Below, in pieces: positions 1 through 8,600 of a stretch of 64,000 nucleotides of DNA. The position numbers and the translations under genes are program-made. The notes under the pieces are model-generated. The model was not told where the DNA came from. It searched no databases and was given only the letters and a program-made list of their open reading frames with translations. Origin of the DNA: an uncultured Planctomycetaceae bacterium (GTDB lineage Bacteria; Planctomycetota; Planctomycetia; Planctomycetales; Planctomycetaceae); NCBI GenBank assembly GCA_963976765.1, contig CAXBME010000037.1:1-64000 (forward strand), read 5' to 3'. How positions within the stretch are numbered: the first letter of the stretch is position 1; each line of letters starts with the position of its first letter.

Positions 1-26
1 CCAGGAATACGCCGCCTGATTCAGTC

Positions 27-54
27 TCAGGCCACGACATTTGACAATAGCTCA
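27..54. repeat. 28-bp imperfect direct repeat, copy 1 (possible IS terminal repeat)
   Basis: tcaggccacgacatttgacaatagctca matches 19018-19045 at 24/28. It is preceded on + by an ORF end (CAG GAA TAC GCC GCC TGA) and supplies the stop codon of the ORF at 52. Confidence 0.5.
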
Positions 55-843
55 AGGCTCTGCCCATTTGACCTTAGGTGGAATCAACTCGGTTGGCGTC
101 GCAAGGTTTTCTCGATGTGCAAGAAGGTCCTCAGATGAGTTAATCGTAAGCAGTTTCGTAAAAGATGCATTCGATTTGTGAGTTATGCTCAGTACCTGAT
201 CCAGATGTCGATGTCGAAATTCGGGTACGTGCTTCTTAAACGTTGCCAGCACCTTGGCATGGCGGTTCAGTACATCCTCTCGATTTTCGTCGGGGCACCG
301 ATTCAGGCCTGCTTCACTGACGGCATAGCCGTTAGTCCAGAAGCCATTCTCTGTCGGATTCCGAAAAAACAGACTGTCACTGCCACCATTGTCTCGTTGA
401 CGTTTCTTTACGGGAACTTTTCGTGACGGGCAGAAAACCCCATCCGACCAGCTGAATAGATCAGGCATGTCACTTGCATTTTCCCTAAGTGTGTCGGCAA
501 TCTCTGGTGAGAACCAGTCGTCATCGTCGACGGGCAAGATGATGACATTGTCCAGACGCTCAAGAAGTGCAGCCTGATGACGGTTGCGAATGACAAGATC
601 CACATTGTGAATCTGACTGCGATTCAGTTCTGCAATGTTCTTAATTTCCTGTCGGTACTCGAACCAGGACATCGAAAATGCCTGATTCCAGAACTTAATT
701 TTTGTAAGTAGCTCACGTTTTCTAGCAGGATTGATCCTGATAACCGATCGGTTGAACTTCTCCTGTTCCAAGTACGAATCCTCAGAAAGACTTCCCCAGC
801 CTACATCAGATCGGAGAAACACCGCAATTATTGGATCCACCAT
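52..843 (-). CDS. Hypothetical protein, glycosyltransferase-like (DxD-type motif); C-terminus possibly truncated
   Basis: VIILPVDDDDWF motif. Likely start at ATG 843 (GGAG upstream) rather than 936. Lies in a glycan cluster. Confidence 0.55.
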   Translation of the reverse strand: MVDPIIAVFLRSDVGWGSLSEDSYLEQEKFNRSVIRINPARKRELLTKIKFWNQAFSMSWFEYRQEIKNIAELNRSQIHNVDLVIRNRHQAALLERLDNVIILPVDDDDWFSPEIADTLRENASDMPDLFSWSDGVFCPSRKVPVKKRQRDNGGSDSLFFRNPTENGFWTNGYAVSEAGLNRCPDENREDVLNRHAKVLATFKKHVPEFRHRHLDQVLSITHKSNASFTKLLTINSSEDLLAHRENLATPTELIPPKVKWAEP

Positions 844-1167
844 TCCATCTCCGTTGTTGTGCAATGTTGACGTTTTGAGAAGAGCAGCCTGTCTAGTGTC
901 CGGTAGGTTTTCCTTGAATTCCACTTTCTCACCCATGTAGAGCCAGTTTATGACTCAGACCTTGGGGGACTGAGTCAATTTCGACGAAATTGCTTGTCAA
1001 ATCGGACCCCGATTTCTACATAACTGACTGAGGTGAACTCATATTGAGTTAGGGAACTCCGATCGACGATAATGTAAGATTTTGAGTTTTTCATGCGTCA
1101 AGTGGCCAACACGCTGAATTCCAAAAGTCCACGCAATTCCGAAATACGGTCTGAGGTACAGATCGCT

Positions 1168-2556
1168 TTACGAGCGAAGAAACACCATGATATTTCTACG
1201 GAACCATCGCAGCGTGGAAGCATTTCTCAGCCTCTGTCCTGTTTCCCGGCAGAGGCGATAACCTAAACGGATGAATAAATCCTCAACATAGTCTGGATCT
1301 CGTTCATTGACATGTCCACAGCCGCCCTGGCCTTTCTGTGCCCAGCTCACGACAATTCCGATTCGATTGTGCTGATGTAAATTATTGATCAGCGTATCCT
1401 CGTGCTCCAGTGGAATATGTTCTGCGACTTCCAGGCACAGAACCCAGTCGGCAGGCTCAACGGTTACAGGCCTGGCAATGTCGAGCACCTCGCACTGGTT
1501 GTCTGTGAGTTTCCGTGTATTAGGGTTGCCGTCGTAGCCTCGGCACTGTGACAGCTCGTTCAGAATTTCGACGTAGCGACCCGCTCCACAACCGAAATCA
1601 ATGACGGACTTGCCCACAAGCAAGTCAGACAATGCCTCGGCAAGCGGGCCATCGAAGTGATACTTGTCCGGATCTTCAAATTTCCAGATTCCCGCCGTGC
1701 ATGGCGGTGCGTTTCTCTGGTGCCCAAAGCACCGTTCCAGTGTTTCCGAGGTCCACGAGGCGTGTCTGGCAGGCGGCGTAATGCCCTCTTTCTCCAGAAA
1801 TGTCAGAACTGGACGAAGCGAGGAGTTCCTGGACATGACTTCCCGAACGCGTTCCACAACCGGAAGTTCAAGCGAACTGCGATGCAAGTTTCTGTAGCGT
1901 GTCTGAAGCTGATCGTCAGTCAGCCTGAACTGATTTCCGAGTCCAGCCTGCACGTCGTGCGAACTCTGTCTCTGCCCGATAGCTGCGTGACGTTTTTGGA
2001 GCGACTCAACACTCCCTGAGTAGTGCATGTGAAACAGGCGCAGATCGCTGCGACGGACCGGTGAAGTAGCGCGAGCGCGGTGGCTACCAATCGAGAAACT
2101 GATCTCACGAATTTCAGGGCGAAAGACCACTGATTTACAGTAAGCGTCGGAGAAGCTGGCTTTCCATTGAGCCAGCGGCTGCAGTGACATCGATTCAGGG
2201 CCGACAAGGTTGAATCCAACACACTTCAATACGTCCGCATCACTTTGCTCCTCAAGGTATTGCAACAGGTGTGGGTGATAAACCAGCTCGTCAACGTCAC
2301 AAACGATAACCCAGTCGGCCGTGGACCATTTCCAGCAGTTGTTCTTGAGTCGCTGAAGGATGCGTTCCGAATACTCTCCACCGCTGTCGTAGGACATTAA
2401 CACGGCATTGGGGCAGGCTTCGATCAGCTGCCGGGAGCCGTCATCAGAAAAGTTGTCCCAAACGAAAATGCGCGAAGCAAAGCTCGCGTAGTGCTGCAGG
2501 AAAAGTGGCAGCAGTCTCGCCTCGTTCCAACAGATCGCATGGACGTCAATCTTCAT
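1168..2556 (-). CDS. GT2-like glycosyltransferase fused to class I SAM methyltransferase
   Basis: N-term HAICWNEARLLP..DNFSDDGS..CDVDE; C-term VIDFGCGAG and CLEVAEHIP..GHVNE motifs. Confidence 0.8.
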   Translation of the reverse strand: MKIDVHAICWNEARLLPLFLQHYASFASRIFVWDNFSDDGSRQLIEACPNAVLMSYDSGGEYSERILQRLKNNCWKWSTADWVIVCDVDELVYHPHLLQYLEEQSDADVLKCVGFNLVGPESMSLQPLAQWKASFSDAYCKSVVFRPEIREISFSIGSHRARATSPVRRSDLRLFHMHYSGSVESLQKRHAAIGQRQSSHDVQAGLGNQFRLTDDQLQTRYRNLHRSSLELPVVERVREVMSRNSSLRPVLTFLEKEGITPPARHASWTSETLERCFGHQRNAPPCTAGIWKFEDPDKYHFDGPLAEALSDLLVGKSVIDFGCGAGRYVEILNELSQCRGYDGNPNTRKLTDNQCEVLDIARPVTVEPADWVLCLEVAEHIPLEHEDTLINNLHQHNRIGIVVSWAQKGQGGCGHVNERDPDYVEDLFIRLGYRLCRETGQRLRNASTLRWFRRNIMVFLRS

Positions 2557-2788
2557 TAAGCATGCCCTTCTGTATCGACCTGCTCCGGTGATCATATCTG
2601 TCAAGCGAATTACTCTACGCAGGTGCTGTCGTGTTTTCTAGCCCTAATTACTGTGAAGTCTGAGTTTTGAGTACGGAGCAGCTGTCCAGGCATCTTGAGA
2701 CACTTCGTCAACGCAATGTCATTGAGACGGGCTGATATGAGACCTGACAATCTTGAAATTTGAATATGCGCGAGAGTTGCTGGCGAAT

Positions 2789-3589
2789 TCACTCTGTGTC
2801 AATCCAGGGCACATCCACAAACTGATCTACAGAGTCGATCAGATACCCCAAAGCGCACAGTCTTGGGCCAAGTGTCTCTTTGAAGCGTCCGGGCTGCACA
2901 CCCTGCAGGCGGTCCAGGGACTCAAAATCAGGCTTCCATCGGGCGAAGTACCGTTGGTTGCTTTGGGTATCGATTTCCAGGCGGGGTTGATGCTTATTGA
3001 CGCCCAGAAAGGTATGAATTCTTGCCAGCAGATGTTGGGGGTTGGCCACGAGATCTTCGTAACGGCAAATGATCAGTTTTCTGATCCTGCTCTTGTCGGC
3101 TAACAGTCCCTCATAGCAACGAAGCGTATGCTCAATAAGAGAGAAGGCGGAGGATGGGCACCATTTAAGAGTCGCATACGCAACTGCAACAGGGTGACGA
3201 AGGATGACGACAAACGATGAATTCGGAAACAAATGCTGAAAAAAACGCATACGAATAATAGTGGGTGGCGACTTCTCGATTAAGTAGTGCATCCTCAGGT
3301 CCCAATGGCTGCTCCAGTCTGAAAAGAGCTTCATGGCATTATCGCGCGTAGCCAACGGGTGGCTCTCATTCATAAAGGATGCCGGATCAAATGCAAATCT
3401 GCCGGGGCCACCAAACCGCTTGGCAGCGGGGAAGACGGATTGGAGGTGCTGTCCTTCGTCCATTGGCTTGCCGGTGTTGGAGAAGCCGCTGATTTCTGGG
3501 TGGGCGCGCAATGCCGTGTGCAGCAGGGACGTGCCGCTACGGTGAGTACCGGCCACGAATACAAAGTGATTGTCTGGAACTTCGAGCAT
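2789..3589 (-). CDS. Sulfotransferase family protein
   Basis: 5'-PSB loop FVAGTHRSGTSLL, EKSP, LRHP and RYEDLV motifs; GGAG before ATG 3589. Confidence 0.85.
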   Translation of the reverse strand: MLEVPDNHFVFVAGTHRSGTSLLHTALRAHPEISGFSNTGKPMDEGQHLQSVFPAAKRFGGPGRFAFDPASFMNESHPLATRDNAMKLFSDWSSHWDLRMHYLIEKSPPTIIRMRFFQHLFPNSSFVVILRHPVAVAYATLKWCPSSAFSLIEHTLRCYEGLLADKSRIRKLIICRYEDLVANPQHLLARIHTFLGVNKHQPRLEIDTQSNQRYFARWKPDFESLDRLQGVQPGRFKETLGPRLCALGYLIDSVDQFVDVPWIDTE

Positions 3590-3947
3590 GTCGCATCTCC
3601 TGGGATGCACGGGCCTGCGGCAGTCTTTCCTTAATCTGGGCGATTGTGCTTCAGCTTAAAGACCACTTCGGAAAGTGGGCAGGCCTGACATCCTGAATGC
3701 CGATCGATGCAGTTTCAAGATCAGGAAGTTGCCGTTTCGCGCAGATCGCTCGAGACGCTACGTCGCCTTGAAATCAGACGCCAGAAGTACACTGGACGTG
3801 TAGAGCAGGACGGATTGGCTGCTCGCAAGTTAGCCTCCAGTTGTTGCAGAGCTGATCGTTCATCGATCTTGTAAATGGTCACATGTCACGTCATTATCAT
3901 ATCACATCCGCTCTGATCTCATGTGCACAAGTTACGGAGCCACTGCC

Positions 3948-4349
3948 TTGTTTGAGTATTCCGAAACGCTAATGCAGCATGTGCAGGAGCCACTCAATCG
4001 CCGCGTCCTGGCAGCGGCAAACGCTGTCGGAACCTCCGGTACTCCCGGGCGCGGCAGATTCTGCGTGGTGTATCTGCGGATTGACGAGCCTCGAGGAGTT
4101 GTCGATGAGGCGACTTTTCAGGCGGACGGTTGCGGTCCGACAATCGCTTCTGCATCACTGTTGACGGAAATGATTACAGGGCTCGCGGTCACTGATTGCT
4201 GGCAGATGACCGCAGATGATCTTGAAGCAGCACTCGGCGGTCTTCCCGGGCATAGAAAGCACTGTGCAGTCATGGCTATTACGGCTCTGTACAATGCACT
4301 TCAGGGGTGGTCGCCATCGGACTTTCCATCGCGGGAGGGCGTAAACTGA
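3948..4349 (+). CDS. IscU/NifU N-terminal-like scaffold protein, atypical
   Basis: FQADGCGPTIASAS and LGGLPGHRKHCAVMA match IscU; the first CGD motif is replaced (PGRGRF). Probable TTG start at 3948 after GGAG. Confidence 0.8.
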   Translation: MFEYSETLMQHVQEPLNRRVLAAANAVGTSGTPGRGRFCVVYLRIDEPRGVVDEATFQADGCGPTIASASLLTEMITGLAVTDCWQMTADDLEAALGGLPGHRKHCAVMAITALYNALQGWSPSDFPSREGVN

Positions 4350-5308
4350 TGCGTCGCCCGACAGTTGCGTTTGGGCCTGTTCGCGACGGGTTCGGTTCCT
4401 GGGAATGGGTTGGAGTCGAACTGGCGGAGGCGCTGTCGCCATACTTCGACGTAACGATGTTTCGTGACGACCCGCCAAAAACACAAGCTGCTGTGTTCGT
4501 TAAGTTTCCGCCACCCACCGACTGGCTGCCACGTCTTGAGTCGACCCGCATCATTTACTGTCCCGTCGATTTTTTCGGGAGTGCGAAAGAGATCGACCAA
4601 TACAGCTCTTATCTCGCCTGTTGCAGTGCGATTATCATTCACAGCCATCGACTTCGGAAGTACTTCAGACCGTATGCGCCGGTAGAATATCTCGACCATC
4701 ACATCCGGTTTGCGACACCGAACCGCCGCCGCTCAGTCACTGACGGCCCGCTCTTGTATGTAGGCGTCACGTCGAACCTGCCCCCCGTCGTTGAGTGGAT
4801 CAATCGGTTTTCGCTTCCTCGCGATCTTATTCTTCTAACTAATCATACGGAAGCTGGCGATGAAGCTTCCGTGAAACGCTTTGGGATCAGTCAAGGTAAA
4901 CGGGTTCAAGTGCTCCGTTGGAGTCCGTCACTGCAGATTCAGCTTCAGGGCGAGTGCAGCGCGGCAATCGATATTCGAGGCTCTGACTTTCGCGCTCGAC
5001 ACAAGCCGCCCACAAAGGCGATGGACTTCCTGGCGTCTGGCATTCCTGTCGCACTAAGCGCGTCGTCGAGCACGGCTGACCATCTTCGCTTCATGGGGTT
5101 TGAGCCTGCCATCCTGCCTGGGTCTGATGCCGTGAGCGATAGCGCATTGATACGGGGGTTTGATCGGCTGTTCTCGGCTGAGTACGCCTCTGAGGCCGGG
5201 CGTTTCGGGGCGGCGATTGCCGAGCTTAACTCTCTGCCACGCATTGCGTTGCGTATGAGACGTTTAATTGACGGCGTTCTCGGTGGGGACACCGACCGGT
5301 TGCTGTAA
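4349..5308 (+). CDS. Putative glycosyltransferase (GT-B-like)
   Basis: TGATG overlap with the upstream stop; YCPVD and HKPPTKAMDFLASGIPV motifs resemble a GT-B C-terminal donor-binding helix. Confidence 0.6.
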   Translation: MRRPTVAFGPVRDGFGSWEWVGVELAEALSPYFDVTMFRDDPPKTQAAVFVKFPPPTDWLPRLESTRIIYCPVDFFGSAKEIDQYSSYLACCSAIIIHSHRLRKYFRPYAPVEYLDHHIRFATPNRRRSVTDGPLLYVGVTSNLPPVVEWINRFSLPRDLILLTNHTEAGDEASVKRFGISQGKRVQVLRWSPSLQIQLQGECSAAIDIRGSDFRARHKPPTKAMDFLASGIPVALSASSSTADHLRFMGFEPAILPGSDAVSDSALIRGFDRLFSAEYASEAGRFGAAIAELNSLPRIALRMRRLIDGVLGGDTDRLL

Positions 5309-5653
5309 CTCTGGAACAGGAATGAGCTGTCGATCGCCTCCATCTGGAAAATGTGGCATTAGCCGAATTTTGTATGGACACTGAGCGCATGATCGTTACT
5401 CTCCTTCGAGGCCATTGTGAAACGATATACACATGACGAATTGTGGCTCACTTCTGCACATGAGTATGCGACATCCAGAATCAGCACGTGATTTTGTGGG
5501 CACAGTCATTCTGTGAACCGATGTCGCTTTGTTGATCTCTGTGATTATCACGAGCAAGTATCACGTCGATTGATCTGAATGTCATGACGGCTGCCAACGG
5601 CAAAAACTGTCCAGTGCAGCCTTGAATTACATGTACTAGCAGCTGGACGTCAT

Positions 5654-8600
5654 ATGAACCCTGACCAGTCTCCGCCTGAGCCTTCCGAATACCGTCGCCA
5701 CGTTAAGTCATCGAACGAGGAGCGAAGGTCGCACGAGGAAACAGAAGAACGCCGCCAAACGCCAGCGGGGCGTTATGAGAAAAAAACGGTCACAGAAGAG
5801 ACTGTAGAGTCGAGCACAAAGCGGACGGAGACATACGAAACCGGCCCATTGGATGCGGGAGGCCAGACGTCGATTCCAGAGGAAGGCCCCGGCCCGGGAA
5901 ATGGATCCGGGGCAGAGAACCATTCGAAGCCAGAGACGCGTCCTGAATCGGAAGACGGTTCGGGCAACTTCACGGGACACGAGTCTGCACGCGAAGAGAG
6001 ACGTCATGCAAGGCTCATCGCGGACAGTTCACTGCCTTCTGACTGGGTGGATCACGCTCCCGAGCAGATTCGCGTGTCGATTTCTGGCGTCCAGCCTTCC
6101 CCAGACGAAGAGGCGCCAGATTTCGATGGCGATTATATCCTCGACCTGATCGATCGTCGCACGGTCGAATGCCGCTGGGAATATACCTTCCGGTCGCGGT
6201 GCGGACTGTACCGAGTCTGTGTTGTTGGTCGTGGTGACGGAGCTGGTGGCGTACTGCTGCGAACTCGTCTGGAGGGGTCAGTGCCGGGCCCCGAGTGGAC
6301 GTGTGGCATGCTTGGCGAATTCGTCGGGGCTAACGTGCAGGTCTTTGACCGCAACGTGGCCGGGAATCCGTGCGCCAGCTGCCGCTGGCCGGAGCAAGTC
6401 TACATTTCACCGCTCTACAGCGTGCCTTTCAGTGACTTGGAGCGGCGAAGCGAGTTCGAGGCCAGTCGCAGTGCTGGATTTCCATTGATGGGCATAGCAT
6501 CAATGGCCGACAGCGCCCCGCCTCCGCCCGCACCTGTGACCTACTATTCGTCAGGCGGCGGTGGAACTGGCTGCACACCAGGATCGAGCATCAATTCAGA
6601 CGGTACGTGCAAGCCATATGAGGGTGGCGACCTTTGCTGCTGCAAGAAAAATGAGTGTGGCTGCACAGATGAAGAGGGGCCGCTGTGCCCTGGCGATACA
6701 CCCGGAACGCTCGGTTATAAGGGGTGTCGCTGTGCCTGTGATGAGCATGTTGTCGACCCCGATGGCGTGCCAATGGATGATGGGTGCAGTTGCACGTATT
6801 CGTGTCCGACAGGGGATGAATACAGCGAAGGGACCTGCCCCGAAGAAGAAGAAGAGGAGGAGGGAGGCGGCGACGGAGGAGGTTGCTGCTCAGGTAAGTC
6901 AACATGCGACTGCGCGAAGCCAACACTCGCCAGCTTCAGTACTGCAGGCCCGGCTAAGGTCAACATCGACAGCGGCAATATCATGCTGTCAGTCAAAACG
7001 GTAGAAGGGGACCCCCTCTCTCCGTCAGTCGGCCTGAGCTATAACTCATTGTCTACAGCATCTTCGGCGGCTGGCTTTGGCTGGAGTGGTCAATGGTCCC
7101 AGGAAGTCTTCGAGCTCGACGATTCAACTGTGGATGTCCTCAAGGGGCCTGGCCAGGTTCTACGTTATACGGATCGTGATCCAGCCACGGGGCTGTATCA
7201 GCCTCCAGCTGGCGTTCAGAATGGGCTGACTCGCAATTCGGACGGCACATGGACGGAAACTCAGAAAAACGGTTACGAACTGCGGTACGACTCCGACGGT
7301 TTGTTGCACCAGTTCGTTAGCCCAAACAGTATTCGATGGACGCTAACCCACGATCTCGATGGTAACGTCCGGACGATCGAATCTCCCGAAGGTGGGAGTG
7401 GCTTAAGTGAGGCTGCGTCCCCCGCCAGCCATCTGACGACTTTCAGCTATGATGCTGGTGGTATGCTGCGGCGAGCGACAGACACCGCCTCCCGGATTAC
7501 GACTTTCGTTGTTGACGACAGTGGCGACCTTGTTCGGACTGTATGCCCGGAACTGTGTGTCGCCGAGTACCGATACGACACGCTTCACCGGATGACTGCT
7601 GCTGTTAACGCTGAAAACGAACGTACGAGCTACGTTTACGATTCATCCGATCGACTCAAAGCCTTCGTGCTGCCGGATGGCGCACGAACGACTTACAGTT
7701 ACGGCAACGGTTCGCGATCGGTGGTAGACCCTGGCGGCAACGAATCCAAGGTTGTTCTGAACGGCGAAGGCAATGTGCTGTCAGTGTTAAATCCTCTTGG
7801 AGAACGTACTACAACACTCTGGGATCGCAATCAGAAGCGGGCAACGATTGACGCACTCGGAAACAGGACGAGTTACCTCTACCACGAGTCAGCCAATGGA
7901 TCGCGACCACTGCGTGTCACCATTGACGCTCTGGGCAGCCGCTCTACCTACGTTTACGACAGCCAGGATCGCGTGGCCGCGAAAATCGACAAGCGAGGCT
8001 ATCGGACAACACTTGTGTGGGATGGTAATGGCAATCGAATTGGCACGATCAACGCCGAAGGCAATCGATCGTCCTACGTCTACGATTCCAGTGGCGAACT
8101 GACGGCGTACGTCGATGAACTCGGAAACAGGACCTCTTACGTCTACGACGCATCCGGGGCCACCATTGCCTCCGTTGATCCCGCTGGAAACCGCACAACA
8201 TACGTAAAGAACTCTGCCGGACAGACAACAGCGACAATCAACCCCGTCGGCCAGCGAACCACCTACGTCAAAGATTTGATGAATCGTCTGACTGCAACAG
8301 TCAATGCGCTGGGCGAGCGAACCAGCTATCTCTACGACCTCATGGGACGAAGAGAAGCGACTGTCACGCCAATGGGAAGCCGCACGTCACTCCTCTACAA
8401 CTCACGAAACCAATTGAAAGCTCAGATCGCATCCGACGGTACACGTACATCGTACGTCTACGATTTACGAGGGCACCGTATCGCCACTGAAAACGCTGCT
8501 GGCGCGCGAACAACGAATATCATTGACCCTGCCGGCCGGGTTCAAGCGACAATCGATGCTGAAGGGGATCGAACAACATTCACGTATGCGGCAAATGGCC

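Noticed and set aside
951..1050. Inverted repeats TGACTCAG..CTGAGTCA and AACTCA-tat-TGAGTT
   Set aside because: No U-tract for a terminator and no supporting context; function cannot be assigned.
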